A DNA stretch of 64,000 nt from an uncultured Candidatus Saccharibacteria bacterium. GTDB taxonomy: Bacteria; Patescibacteriota; UBA1384; DTJR01. The stretch covers positions 4,875 to 68,874 of the forward strand of contig CAZAOT010000001.1 in the NCBI GenBank assembly GCA_964487045.1, given 5' to 3'. The notes below the pieces were generated by a model. It was not told where the DNA came from. It did not search any database and saw only the letters and a program-made list of their open reading frames with translations. Shown here in pieces: positions 12,913 through 23,195 of the stretch. Position numbers and translations under genes: made by a program. The number at the start of each line of letters is the position of its first letter. Within the stretch, counting starts at the first letter, position 1.

Positions 12913-14049
12913 ATGAAGTTAGGAAAAGTAAAATACTGCAAAAAATGTGTCATGCCAAGCTCTTCCGCAATCCCGGTTGAGTTTAACGATGAAGGGATTT
13001 GCTCGGGATGCCTCGTATCCAAGCAAAAAGAAGAGATCGACTGGAAGAGGAGGGATAAACAGCTAAGGTCACTCCTCGAACAATATCGAAGCAAGGATAA
13101 GTCCAATTATGACTGCATTATTCCAGTAAGTGGTGGAAAGGATAGTTTTTTTCAGGTTCATATGATTAAGAATGTATATGGCATGAACCCCCTTCTCGTT
13201 ACTTACAATGGAAACAACTGGACTGAAACTGGTTACGAAAATCTTCACCGGATGAGAGAGGTTTTTTCTTGTGATCATATTTTCTTTACTCCTAGTATCG
13301 AAGTTCTAAAGAAGCTAAACAGAATTTGCTTCAAGAAGATGGGGGATATGAATTGGCACGCTCATTGCGGTATTTTTACTTACCCATTTATCATTGCGAC
13401 TAAATTCAATATTCCTTTGGTTTTCTATGGAGAGCATGGTTTTATGGATATCGGCGGAATGCATTCTTACAACGACTATATTGAATTTACTAACAGATTC
13501 CGTCATGAGCACGCTTTGAGGGGTTACGAATGGACTGATATGATGGGTGACAAGAAGGATCCTCTTGAGGAGAATGAACTACTTTGGGCCAAATATCCCT
13601 CTGATGAAGAGATCAAGCGAGTTGGTGTGAGAGGGATCTATTTATCTAACTATGTTGGTTGGTATCCTAATAAGCACGCCAAGATGGTCATCGAGAAATA
13701 TGGTTTCAAGGTTCCTAAAAAACCATTCGATCGAACTTATAGGACGATGTCCAACCTTGATGATATGCACGAAAATGGCATCCATGATTATCTCAAATAT
13801 ATTAAATTTGGTTATGGCCGATGCACCGACCATGTTTGCAAGGATATCAGGGATAAAAAAATGACTCGAGAAGAAGGTATCAAGCTGGTTAAGAAGTATG
13901 ACTCTGTCAAGCCAAGTGACCTTAAAAGGTGGCTTGAGTATGTTGGGATGACTGAAAAACAATTTGATAAGATTGCAGATAGCTTCCGCGATCCGAGAGT
14001 TTGGAAAAAGCAAAAAGGTGAGTGGGTTAAAGATAATATCTGGGATTAA
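12913..14049 (+). CDS. N-acetyl sugar amidotransferase (PP-loop ATP pyrophosphatase, WbuX/PseA-like)
   Basis: Cys-rich N-terminus (CKKC...CSGC) and PP-loop SGGKDS; co-operonic with HisH/HisF paralogues. Confidence 0.65.
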   Translation: MKLGKVKYCKKCVMPSSSAIPVEFNDEGICSGCLVSKQKEEIDWKRRDKQLRSLLEQYRSKDKSNYDCIIPVSGGKDSFFQVHMIKNVYGMNPLLVTYNGNNWTETGYENLHRMREVFSCDHIFFTPSIEVLKKLNRICFKKMGDMNWHAHCGIFTYPFIIATKFNIPLVFYGEHGFMDIGGMHSYNDYIEFTNRFRHEHALRGYEWTDMMGDKKDPLEENELLWAKYPSDEEIKRVGVRGIYLSNYVGWYPNKHAKMVIEKYGFKVPKKPFDRTYRTMSNLDDMHENGIHDYLKYIKFGYGRCTDHVCKDIRDKKMTREEGIKLVKKYDSVKPSDLKRWLEYVGMTEKQFDKIADSFRDPRVWKKQKGEWVKDNIWD

Positions 14050-14105
14050 TTCTGTTTGTAGGCAATTGTTTTAAATTAGCCTTCTACTGGCTAAATAATT
14101 AGTTT

Positions 14106-15098
14106 ATGAAGATTGTTACCTCTATAAATCGTATAATAAAGAAAGCTCTGTACTGGAGCCCGGCGGCCCGTTTGTTTGCCAAGCGTGCAAAATATGGGAT
14201 TTTTGACTTTGAAGAAAGCTCAAAGGATATTCCGCTAAAATATTTTGAAGGCTATACCCCGTCGCTCGATATTTTTAATGATTTTTATGGTAATGCGCAT
14301 CAATTGAAAAGATTTGCTGGGCTGAGAGAAAATTATAGAATTCCATACCATGTCGAGCATGGAGTTTTTTTGGATAGATCTAGCTATCATGATGAGCTTC
14401 ATGGGCCTTACAAGAGAATATTAGTTGCTTCGGTGCACCGAGAGGAGGTACTTCGTGAAGAATATAATCGCTCGGCCTATCCAATTGGACCAATCATTGT
14501 TTATGCAAAATCTTTCTTATCAAAGGGTGAAACTGATTTGATAAGAAAAAAATCCGGTAAGACCTTGACGGCTATCCCAGTTCATTCAACCAAGACTGTC
14601 GATTATAGCTATGATGTTGATGGATATTGCAAGGACTTAAAGAAAATTGCTAAGGCAAATGATTTTAAGACAGTTAGGATTTGTCTCTTTTATGAAGATA
14701 TTCAAAAGAACTTACATAAAAAATATGAAAAGTATGGTTTCGAAATTGTGTCTGCTGGCCACATGTTTGATCCTTTGTTCTTGCCTCGATTTAGGTCTAT
14801 AATCGAAATCTCTGATGTTACTTGCTCTAATGCTATTGGCACGCACGTAGTTTATAGTGTGTCTCTTGGAATACCGCATTATTTAAAAAAGCAGTCTTTA
14901 GATTATGAGGATAATGGGGGCGAGATTAGTCAGGATGTATGGGAAGCATATTATGGAGAGACTGAATTGGCTAAAGCATTTGAAAAATATAGTGAAAAAA
15001 TTTCCAATCGGCAGCTAAAGCTGTTAGGCTATTACGCTGGGTTGGATAAGATAAAAACTAAATCTCAGCTAAGACAGCTTTTACTAAAAAAGAAATGA
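14106..15098 (+). CDS. hypothetical protein, candidate glycosyltransferase of the cluster
   Basis: 330 aa, no diagnostic motif; sits between amidotransferase and flippase. Confidence 0.3.
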   Translation: MKIVTSINRIIKKALYWSPAARLFAKRAKYGIFDFEESSKDIPLKYFEGYTPSLDIFNDFYGNAHQLKRFAGLRENYRIPYHVEHGVFLDRSSYHDELHGPYKRILVASVHREEVLREEYNRSAYPIGPIIVYAKSFLSKGETDLIRKKSGKTLTAIPVHSTKTVDYSYDVDGYCKDLKKIAKANDFKTVRICLFYEDIQKNLHKKYEKYGFEIVSAGHMFDPLFLPRFRSIIEISDVTCSNAIGTHVVYSVSLGIPHYLKKQSLDYEDNGGEISQDVWEAYYGETELAKAFEKYSEKISNRQLKLLGYYAGLDKIKTKSQLRQLLLKKK

Positions 15099-16384
15099 AA
15101 AAATATTTAATTAATTTAGTGGAAAGAATTCATCTTCTTGTATTTTCTCACCCAATGTCCGATCGGATGAGAGGATTCTTGGTAAATTTATCATGGTCTT
15201 TCTTCGCTGGATTAGGAGTAATGTTTGTTACGATGCTGATTGGGACCTTGGCTGGTAGATTGATGGGCCCTGAGGAATTTGGAAAATTTAATCTTGTTGT
15301 ACTACTAAGCTCTTACGCGATTTTATTCATCTTTTTTGGTTTGGATATCTCAACGGTAAAAACAATCGTAAAATCGAAAAGCGACAAAGATAAAAAAACT
15401 GCTTTTTTTAGTTCGTTTGTTTTTATCTTCACAATGCTGGCGGTTCTAGCGATTATATCAATCGTATTTGGCGGGAAAATCGCCAGCCATTATCATATCG
15501 AAAAAATAATTATTTTATTTGCTGTTTTGTATACTGCGATGACGTCGGTCAAGTCAGTTTTGGATCTATTGGTTCGTGCGCTTGAGAATTTCAAACTTCA
15601 AGCTATTGGGAAAATGGTAGAGGTGGGGGCGATGTTGGTAGGCTTTATTTTTATCTACATCTTCCTTAAAGGAATGGACTATCGCTCTTATATCGCGATG
15701 GTTATCGCCGGGATCTTTTGCGTCTCAGTCTATTATCTCGTTTTCTTGCGAAAATTCTTCTCAGGATTTTCTCTTCCAGTGCTTGGTCGTCAACTTTCTG
15801 AGGGAAAGTTTTTCATGCTTTCCGCTCTTCTGGCAACCTTTTTTATCTCAGCCGATAGGTTATTGATCGCTAAATATATCGATCTTAAGACCTTAGGGAT
15901 TTATAGCGCATATTACTCAGGTTCATTTGCGCTAGTTCGAACTTTTTCTCAGTTATTTACCAATGTTCTTTTACCGGCTAGTGCCAAGGAAAAAGACAAA
16001 GCGTTTACGGTCAAGCTTGATCAACTAATGATTAAAGGTTTTGTACCTTTGTATCTAATTGTTTGCCTTGCCTTGGTTGTAGTTCTTAGTCTGTTTGGCA
16101 AGGAGTATCCGCTCAGATTAGACTATTTGTCTCTATTCGCTTTGGTGTCGACCCTATTCTTTTTCCAGTGCTTATACGACACTATCATCCTTGATTTACA
16201 TAAGAAAAAATATTTTATATATGTCTTGATATCGAACGTGGTTAACTTATTAACAGTGCTGGCTTATTATCTAATTCTAAGAAGTGCGCATAAATCAATT
16301 AGTTTTGTGCTAATAGGCTTTGCTCTTAATTTGATCGTAAGCATCTTAATTCAAAGAGTATTTGTAAAAAGGATGAGAGCTTAA
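15095..16384 (+). CDS. Wzx-like polysaccharide flippase (MOP superfamily)
   Basis: 429 aa, about 12 predicted TM helices, position in glycan cluster. Confidence 0.5.
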   Translation: MKKYLINLVERIHLLVFSHPMSDRMRGFLVNLSWSFFAGLGVMFVTMLIGTLAGRLMGPEEFGKFNLVVLLSSYAILFIFFGLDISTVKTIVKSKSDKDKKTAFFSSFVFIFTMLAVLAIISIVFGGKIASHYHIEKIIILFAVLYTAMTSVKSVLDLLVRALENFKLQAIGKMVEVGAMLVGFIFIYIFLKGMDYRSYIAMVIAGIFCVSVYYLVFLRKFFSGFSLPVLGRQLSEGKFFMLSALLATFFISADRLLIAKYIDLKTLGIYSAYYSGSFALVRTFSQLFTNVLLPASAKEKDKAFTVKLDQLMIKGFVPLYLIVCLALVVVLSLFGKEYPLRLDYLSLFALVSTLFFFQCLYDTIILDLHKKKYFIYVLISNVVNLLTVLAYYLILRSAHKSISFVLIGFALNLIVSILIQRVFVKRMRA

Positions 16385-16385
16385 A

Positions 16386-17381
16386 GTGGCCCTTCAAGCG
16401 AAAAAAATTGGATGTGTGATTCTAAACTGGAATAACTATCCCGATACCTTGGCTTGCCTAGACTCGCTCTTGAAGGCAAAGGGGAATTTTTCTATCTACT
16501 TGGTTGATAATAATTCTTCCGATAGGTCGGTAACTAAGATATTAGAATGGTTCGATAAGAACAAATTAAATTGTAGAGTGCTTGAAGAAAGCGAATTCCT
16601 GTCTTATAAGCCTAAGAGCAAGGACTCTAGATTCTTTTTGATAAAAAATGATGAGAACTATGGTTTTGCTGGAGGAAATAATATTGGGATTAATTTCGCT
16701 CTAAATCAATTGAATGATTACATAATGCTTCTCAATAACGATACTCTCGTGCATCATAACTTTTTAAGTCAGTTGGTCAAAAAGATTTCGTCCAGTGCAA
16801 AAATTGGTTCAGTTCAGTCGCTAATGCTCTCGATTGATGGAAAATCGATAGACTCTACGGGCCAGGAGATGATCGGAGGAAAAATTCAAGACATTGCCCA
16901 CGGAAAGAATTTTGAAAAATCGATCGAAGGCCGAGAGATATTTGGTGCTTGCGCCGGAGCTGCCCTGTTTAGATCGGAAGTATTTAAGAAAATTGGTCTT
17001 TTTGATTCAGCTTTTCATACTTCGCTAGAAGACGTTGATTTATCTTGGAGAGCTCGTTTAGCGGGGTATAAGAGCTATGTTGAGTCAAGTAGCATCGTTT
17101 ACCATAAAGGTGGGGTGTCTAGAAAAAAAGGGATTAGGCTTGATTCGACGTCGAGCTATGTCGGCTCGAGAAACACTTTAATGATTTATTTGAGATATTT
17201 CCCGGTATCAGCAAGATATTTTTTACCGAGCGTCTATCATCTATTGATCTGCTCTAGCTGTGCGCTCAAACAAGGAAAGGTCGAAGATTTATTTTCGCTC
17301 TTAACTCACTCTTTTAGTTTAAGATTAAAAATAAATAAAAATAAAAACCTAAAATCAGTTAGGAAGAAATGGCTAAAGTAG
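16386..17381 (+). CDS. glycosyltransferase family 2
   Basis: GCVILNWNNYPDTLACLDSL ... YLVDNNSSD GT-A motifs. Confidence 0.65.
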   Translation: MALQAKKIGCVILNWNNYPDTLACLDSLLKAKGNFSIYLVDNNSSDRSVTKILEWFDKNKLNCRVLEESEFLSYKPKSKDSRFFLIKNDENYGFAGGNNIGINFALNQLNDYIMLLNNDTLVHHNFLSQLVKKISSSAKIGSVQSLMLSIDGKSIDSTGQEMIGGKIQDIAHGKNFEKSIEGREIFGACAGAALFRSEVFKKIGLFDSAFHTSLEDVDLSWRARLAGYKSYVESSSIVYHKGGVSRKKGIRLDSTSSYVGSRNTLMIYLRYFPVSARYFLPSVYHLLICSSCALKQGKVEDLFSLLTHSFSLRLKINKNKNLKSVRKKWLK

Positions 17382-18511
17382 AAGAGAAGCAAAGAGAACT
17401 GACCTATCTTGATAAGGTTGATTTTTTTGACAATAATTTTGATTTCTTGCGGTTCTTAGCTGCAACCATGGTTATTGTCGGGCATACCTTTCCTCTATTT
17501 GGTAGCAATTTTGATCCACTGAGCAAAATTACTGAGACCGTGTCGCTTGGACCTCTTGGACTTTTTATATTTTTTATCATAAGCGGCTTTCTTATTACTA
17601 AGAGCTGGCTTGATAAGCCGAACTTTTTTGATTTTTTCAAGAAGAGATTGCTTCGAATAATGCCTGGTCTTATTCTGGCAACCCTTTTTGGCTTCTTGGT
17701 GATTGGTCCACTTGCTACCTCACTAAGTACCAAAGAGTATTTTAAAAACTCGTCGAGCTTCGAATATCTTAAGAATATATTTTTTATGACAAGGGTTGGA
17801 ATACCTAGCGTTTTTGAAAATAACCCTTATTCAGCCGCAATTAATGGATCCCTATGGAGTTTGCCAGTTGAATTTTGGATGTATATTGCTGTGGCAGTGC
17901 TTGGACTTATTGGAATTCTCAAACGAGCTAAGCTTTTTGTTCCTTTTGTAATTCTGGTAATTCTGGCGATGAATTGGCATGTTTTGGTTAGGCCAGAATA
18001 TAAGGGGATGGTGGTGCTCGGAATTTCAGCAGTGCAGTTTTTTCGCCTGGGCCTTTTCTTTGCACTTGGAAGCGCTTTTTATCTATATCGACGTTTGGTA
18101 ATTTTAGATATAAAACTAGTAATCTTTGCCTTAGCAATTCTTGTGCTGACGTTTCACACCACTTTGAGTGATTTAGCGCTAACTTTCATTCTTCCATACG
18201 TAGTTTTGGCATTCGCCTATATTCCGAAAGCAAGATTTCTAAGGAAGTGGGGAAAATTCGGGGATTTCTCTTATGGCATGTATGTTTATGCTTTTCCGGT
18301 TCAACAAACAATTATTCATTTTCTCAAAGATAAAATTAACATGTTCGAATTTTTTTGCTTGGCTTTCATTGTAACTTTGATTCTTTCTTACGGGTCGTGG
18401 CACTTGGTTGAAAAGCAGGCGCTAAAACTTAAAAAGAAACCGATTATTAAGCCAATAGTCGATGGCTTAAGAAAAGCTTTTAGAAAAGTAGTCCCTGGTA
18501 GCTCTCTTTAA
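17369..18511 (+). CDS. acyltransferase family 3 membrane O-acyltransferase
   Basis: FLRFLAATMVIVGHTF N-terminal motif and about 10 TM helices. Confidence 0.65.
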   Translation: MAKVEEKQRELTYLDKVDFFDNNFDFLRFLAATMVIVGHTFPLFGSNFDPLSKITETVSLGPLGLFIFFIISGFLITKSWLDKPNFFDFFKKRLLRIMPGLILATLFGFLVIGPLATSLSTKEYFKNSSSFEYLKNIFFMTRVGIPSVFENNPYSAAINGSLWSLPVEFWMYIAVAVLGLIGILKRAKLFVPFVILVILAMNWHVLVRPEYKGMVVLGISAVQFFRLGLFFALGSAFYLYRRLVILDIKLVIFALAILVLTFHTTLSDLALTFILPYVVLAFAYIPKARFLRKWGKFGDFSYGMYVYAFPVQQTIIHFLKDKINMFEFFCLAFIVTLILSYGSWHLVEKQALKLKKKPIIKPIVDGLRKAFRKVVPGSSL

Positions 18512-19337
18512 CTTCTCGAGGAAAGAGATTGAGAATCTCGGGGCGATTTTTAATCGTCTTAATACCCCGCATCAACATGTAGTCTTTGAGTGCAGTTGGG
18601 ATCAGATAGAACAATTTTATATATGCTGAGTAGAAGAGGACTTTCTTATTAAGATAATCACTCGGGTGATAATGCTCCGCAAACTTTTGATGAATTTTTC
18701 TTTCATACTCGTTCATTATTTTGGTTTTATTGACCGCTGAGGTCTTTGATAAATGATGATGGCGATAGAAATGCAGTACCTCTACCTTTTTGCCAACATA
18801 GCCGTTTATTGAGGCTCTGACCCAGAATTCTCGATCTTCTAAATATTTAAAATTCTCATCAAATCCATTTAGTTTATCGAAAACGGATTTCCTGACTAGA
18901 GATGTCACCATAAAATATTGATAATACTTGAGCAGCTTGGCATCGTAGGACATGACTTGCCAGAATCCCAGACGACTGCCAAACAAAACTTCATTTGGGA
19001 AACAGAAACTTATGTTCTTATCGTTGTCTAACTCTTTCGCCATTATTGATGCGAAATTTTTCTGAATAAGATCATCGGAGTCTAAAAAAAGCAGATACTC
19101 GCCCAGCGCCTTGCTTGCTCCAAAATTTCTAGCCGAGGCAGAGCCACCGTTTTCCTTATAAAATATTTTTAGTCCCTTGTCTTTTTCTAGACTCTTAAGC
19201 AGCTCCTTAGTTTTTGTATCATTTGATCCGTCATCAACAATGATTATTTCGTGCGAGATCTCTTCATCGATATTCTCAAGAGTCTTTTTAAGAAATTTGT
19301 GTGCATTATACACCGGGATGATGATCGAAACTTTCAT
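18480..19337 (-). CDS. glycosyltransferase family 2
   Basis: MKVSIIIPVYNAHKFL ... IIIVDDGSNDTK, DSDD motif. Confidence 0.65.
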   Translation of the reverse strand: MKVSIIIPVYNAHKFLKKTLENIDEEISHEIIIVDDGSNDTKTKELLKSLEKDKGLKIFYKENGGSASARNFGASKALGEYLLFLDSDDLIQKNFASIMAKELDNDKNISFCFPNEVLFGSRLGFWQVMSYDAKLLKYYQYFMVTSLVRKSVFDKLNGFDENFKYLEDREFWVRASINGYVGKKVEVLHFYRHHHLSKTSAVNKTKIMNEYERKIHQKFAEHYHPSDYLNKKVLFYSAYIKLFYLIPTALKDYMLMRGIKTIKNRPEILNLFPREVKESYQGLLF

Positions 19338-20164
19338 GAATAAATCTTTCCAGCTATTCTTGGGACGATATAGTTGTAGAATTTTCTAAGAAAGCTAATT
19401 TTTAGCAAGTTATACTGAACGTAATTTTTAAAATACGCTTTTGTAAATCCTGGATAATCTTTTTTATATCTCGATATGATCTGCAAATGCTCTCTCATCG
19501 CGTGAACCTTATTTTGGTTTGAGTAAGAAGTAGGGTGGAAGTGGTATTTTAGGCAGAAATCTCCCAGGTTAGCGAGTTTGGCATGAGTGCCAATGCGAAG
19601 CCAGTATTCGAAATCCTCAGTGCCGTATTTTAAATCTTCCAGATAGTATCCGATTCTATTTACTAAGCTTTTTCTAAACATTACAGAAGGGGCTACGAAC
19701 ATCGAGGCCATTAAAAGTTTTTTTCTGATCTTTTCGTCAGTTGTTGGCGGAATAAGCTCAAAATTTGGTCCATCCTCGTTTATGACTTTGGTCCAAGTTC
19801 CAATTAAGCCAAGATCGGGATCATTGAGTAGGGCTTTGGATTGTTTCTCCAGTTTCTTTTTATCAATAAACAAGTCGTCCTGATCAAGCCTGGCTATGAA
19901 TTGTCCTTTTGCAACCCTAAGACCTTTGTTTTGCGTTTTGGCTATTCCGAGATTTTTTTCGTTGATTACTAACGTGACATTGTTGGGGTTTTTCTTCTGG
20001 ATTTTTTTTGCTAATTGGAGGCTTTTATCCTTAGAGCCGTCATCAATCAAGACTATTTCTACCTGACTGAAAATTGTTTGATTAAGAACACTCGAAACAG
20101 CCCTCTCGAGTGTTTTTTCTCCGTTGTAAACCGGAATGATAACCGATACTAAAGCGTTCTTCAT
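19334..20164 (-). CDS. glycosyltransferase family 2
   Basis: VSVIIPVYNGEKTLERAVSSVLNQT ... IDDGSKDKS, DQDD motif. Confidence 0.65.
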   Translation of the reverse strand: MKNALVSVIIPVYNGEKTLERAVSSVLNQTIFSQVEIVLIDDGSKDKSLQLAKKIQKKNPNNVTLVINEKNLGIAKTQNKGLRVAKGQFIARLDQDDLFIDKKKLEKQSKALLNDPDLGLIGTWTKVINEDGPNFELIPPTTDEKIRKKLLMASMFVAPSVMFRKSLVNRIGYYLEDLKYGTEDFEYWLRIGTHAKLANLGDFCLKYHFHPTSYSNQNKVHAMREHLQIISRYKKDYPGFTKAYFKNYVQYNLLKISFLRKFYNYIVPRIAGKIYS

Positions 20165-22164
20165 TTTTTTATCTTATAAATTGCAACTCCATCTTGTTCA
20201 AAAACCTTCTCGCCGTTTGCTGGTTTTGCGGTGTTTTCTAAAAACAATCCTTTGTTGTTAATGTCGTTTGACTTATAGTAATTTGGATTTCCAACAAACT
20301 TAGTTTTTTCAAATCTATATTTAGAATAAACAAAATATATATTATCTAGGTCAATTGTCTCAAAAGGAATTTCAGTTATCTCATAAATTGTTTCTTGACC
20401 CGAGGTGTCAACATAGGCGACCTTCTTAAGTTCAACCTGGCTGGCATTATAATCTTGTGCCTGCGATAAAGTTTTGGCAAAAATATCTTGCAAGCTATTG
20501 CTCGGCATTGGGCTTACTCCAAGGAAATTCTTTCCGGCAAAAGAGCTCATATTGAAATTATACGCTTGAGTTGATGCAATTGTGCTTGAGCTTGGCAACG
20601 ATCTGATGAAGTTGATCGCCTTATCTTCTTTTTTTGAAAGTAGAATTCCTCGATTATAGGTGAGGAATATTGAGCCTGCTACACCCGATAAAATAGAGAG
20701 ACTAATAATAACCGAAATTATCGTTGTTGCAGTTTTGCTTATAAGCCTGTTTTTTATTATCAGATATAGCGCTAATACGATCAATAGTGTCAGTCCGGTA
20801 TCGAGAAATATCCAGGCTCTTTCTGGCAAAAAGGCGATCTTGGCAAATCTAGGGTATATCTCAGCAACGAAGAGAAATATTGAAGTAAAAACGATCAAAG
20901 GTAGTCCAAAAAGTAATTCTTTTCTATTAATCTTCTTGCCCACTATGGCGAGTAGGAATATAGAAATAATGGCGATAAGTAAGCCAAGGTAAAAATACCA
21001 TGCGACACCGCTTAGGCCAGGGTATTCAAAAACAATTCCGTCAGGATTGACGTAATGCGAAACATACCACCAGTTCCAAGTAAATTTATCCGGGAGGTTA
21101 TTTATAAAAAAATTTGGAATAAATGCGATCAATTTTGCTTTTTGGGGAATCTTAAGCAAAATCAGATAAGGGGCAGCGATAATTAGGGCGAATATTATTC
21201 TTTTGATTGTTTGACGTGGTTTTAAGGCAAGGCCACTGATCGTCATTGTGACTACAGCCGTGAGACTAGTAAGTATCAATATAATTGCTAATTCATGAAA
21301 AGCGATAGCCGACGTCGCTAACAGAAGGCTCATTGCAACTAATAATTTGTCGTTTTTATAAAGTCCGATCACACTAGTAAGTAAAACTGGGAAGCAGAAA
21401 ATTAGGATGAAAATTTGGGGAATTGAGTATTGAAGCTGAAAATAAAGATATGGCGAGGCAAGAAAAATTAACCCTCCTAGGATTGATAATAAATAATTTT
21501 TGCTTTTAGCAAAAATTGCTATTGGCAGGGTGAAGCTAAGCATTGCCAAAACGGGCAGGAAGAAGATTAGGATAGAATTGATTGAGAGTCCGGTTGAATT
21601 GAATATAAACAAGATAAAGTGCGTGAAGAAAGGCCTTCTCTCGATGAATGGCTGGACTATCGACTGAAGACGAATGCTCTCATTTATTGACGAGACCAGT
21701 ACATATGTATCATCTCCTACAAAATAAGGATAGATGACATAGCAAACTATAAGTAGAGCTATTGGTATCATAATCGGAATAAGCCAGATTAGGCTTTTTT
21801 TCTCAAATTTTAGGTCTGGTTCGCCTTTTATAAAATAATTTATAAGTGTTAGGGCGAGGGACGTGGTGACAACTACTGCAACCGCACCGATTTGGGAGAA
21901 GATTCCAAAGAGTGCAGAGCAAATCATTGCCATAACCAGCGAGGTAAAGACCGAGATCGAGATTGAAAGAATTAAATTAAAAGGAAAAACAAAATATTTA
22001 TTGATTGGTAGTCTGGAGACTAGAAGGGCTCCGGGAAAAAATATTAGATAAACACCTAGCAAGGCAAAAATAATTTTTCCAAAATCATTTTCTTTAAGTA
22101 GGAAAGAGCAAGCATATAGCCCGATAATAATCAGATTTAGAGCAAGAAACTTATTTTTTGGCAT
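20161..22164 (-). CDS. multi-pass membrane glycosyltransferase, GT-C-like (ArnT/PMT-like) or polymerase
   Basis: 667 aa, more than 12 TM helices in N-terminal 500 aa plus soluble C-terminal domain; adjacent to GtrB-like GT2. Confidence 0.4.
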   Translation of the reverse strand: MPKNKFLALNLIIIGLYACSFLLKENDFGKIIFALLGVYLIFFPGALLVSRLPINKYFVFPFNLILSISISVFTSLVMAMICSALFGIFSQIGAVAVVVTTSLALTLINYFIKGEPDLKFEKKSLIWLIPIMIPIALLIVCYVIYPYFVGDDTYVLVSSINESIRLQSIVQPFIERRPFFTHFILFIFNSTGLSINSILIFFLPVLAMLSFTLPIAIFAKSKNYLLSILGGLIFLASPYLYFQLQYSIPQIFILIFCFPVLLTSVIGLYKNDKLLVAMSLLLATSAIAFHELAIILILTSLTAVVTMTISGLALKPRQTIKRIIFALIIAAPYLILLKIPQKAKLIAFIPNFFINNLPDKFTWNWWYVSHYVNPDGIVFEYPGLSGVAWYFYLGLLIAIISIFLLAIVGKKINRKELLFGLPLIVFTSIFLFVAEIYPRFAKIAFLPERAWIFLDTGLTLLIVLALYLIIKNRLISKTATTIISVIISLSILSGVAGSIFLTYNRGILLSKKEDKAINFIRSLPSSSTIASTQAYNFNMSSFAGKNFLGVSPMPSNSLQDIFAKTLSQAQDYNASQVELKKVAYVDTSGQETIYEITEIPFETIDLDNIYFVYSKYRFEKTKFVGNPNYYKSNDINNKGLFLENTAKPANGEKVFEQDGVAIYKIKK

Positions 22165-22495
22165 TGTTAATATTAATGAGCATTATTTCTTTAGCTAGCG
22201 CAATTACCGCCTTCTCAACTCGGTTTGCTTTGACGTAAATTCGATAATTGATGAACAGGACAAAGGCGATTGCCATGCCAAATACCGTTCCTATCCCAGT
22301 TCGTTGTCCTCCGGTTTGCTTGATCAATTCATCGACTAGGTTTGGGTAGTAAGCCAAAGCGAGTATGCCAGCCCAAATCAAGATCCAGAAAACGGTCATT
22401 GTGAATGACTCTTTTTTTCTTTTGAAATCGATAAATGACCTAGAGATGACGAGTAGGCCTAGGACTGTCGCGAATATTTTAGCTATTATTAGCAT
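22151..22495 (-). CDS. small membrane protein (DUF2304-like) associated with polyprenyl-phosphate GT2
   Basis: 114 aa, three TM helices; overlapping stop/start with neighbours. Confidence 0.4.
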   Translation of the reverse strand: MLIIAKIFATVLGLLVISRSFIDFKRKKESFTMTVFWILIWAGILALAYYPNLVDELIKQTGGQRTGIGTVFGMAIAFVLFINYRIYVKANRVEKAVIALAKEIMLININNAKK

Positions 22496-22496
22496 T

Positions 22497-23195
22497 TCAG
22501 CCTGTTATCTTTCTGAATAACAATTTTGCCACTATGTTGATTCCGTTTAAAATTGACTGACCTTTTTTCTTGGAATATCGGCTGTAGATTACTTTGATCG
22601 GTACTTCTTTAATTTTAAGTTTATTTTTTGAGGCTTCCATGATTATTTCACTACAAAATTCATATCCAATTGTGTTGAGCTCGATCGTGTTTAAGGCTTT
22701 TTGTGAAAAGGCCTTAAATCCTGACTGTGAATCACTCGTCCATTTACGGGATAACGCATAGGTTATAAAATTTAGTCCAAAATTACCAATTTTTTTAATA
22801 ATAGGCATGCCTTTATGATTAAGCATTCTCGAGCCGATAACTAAGTCGGCTTTTTGATCTATAATCGGCTTGATCAGCTTCGCGATATCGGAAGGCGAGT
22901 GCTGACCGTCACCGTCAAACGTAACTGCGGCAGTGACGCTTAGGTCTTTTGCAAGCTTAAGTCCGGTTAGGGTGGCGCTCCCCGGCCCGAGGTTTATCGG
23001 TAAATTAAAACACATTGCTCGAGTGTTTTTGATTTCGAGCTCAGAGTTGTCAGTTGAGCCATCATTAATAGCAAGAATCGAAATCTTATTAATCCCTTCG
23101 ATTTTTTTGGGGAGACTTTCTATTACTTGCTTGATTACCTTGCCTTCATTATAAACTGGAATGATGATAGCAAGATGAGTCTTAGCTTGAGGCAT
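22497..23195 (-). CDS. polyprenyl-phosphate sugar synthase, GT2 (GtrB/DPM1-like)
   Basis: LAIIIPVYNEGKVI ... INDGSTDNS; 232 aa short GT2 typical of dolichyl/undecaprenyl-phosphate glycosyltransferases. Confidence 0.6.
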   Translation of the reverse strand: MPQAKTHLAIIIPVYNEGKVIKQVIESLPKKIEGINKISILAINDGSTDNSELEIKNTRAMCFNLPINLGPGSATLTGLKLAKDLSVTAAVTFDGDGQHSPSDIAKLIKPIIDQKADLVIGSRMLNHKGMPIIKKIGNFGLNFITYALSRKWTSDSQSGFKAFSQKALNTIELNTIGYEFCSEIIMEASKNKLKIKEVPIKVIYSRYSKKKGQSILNGINIVAKLLFRKITG

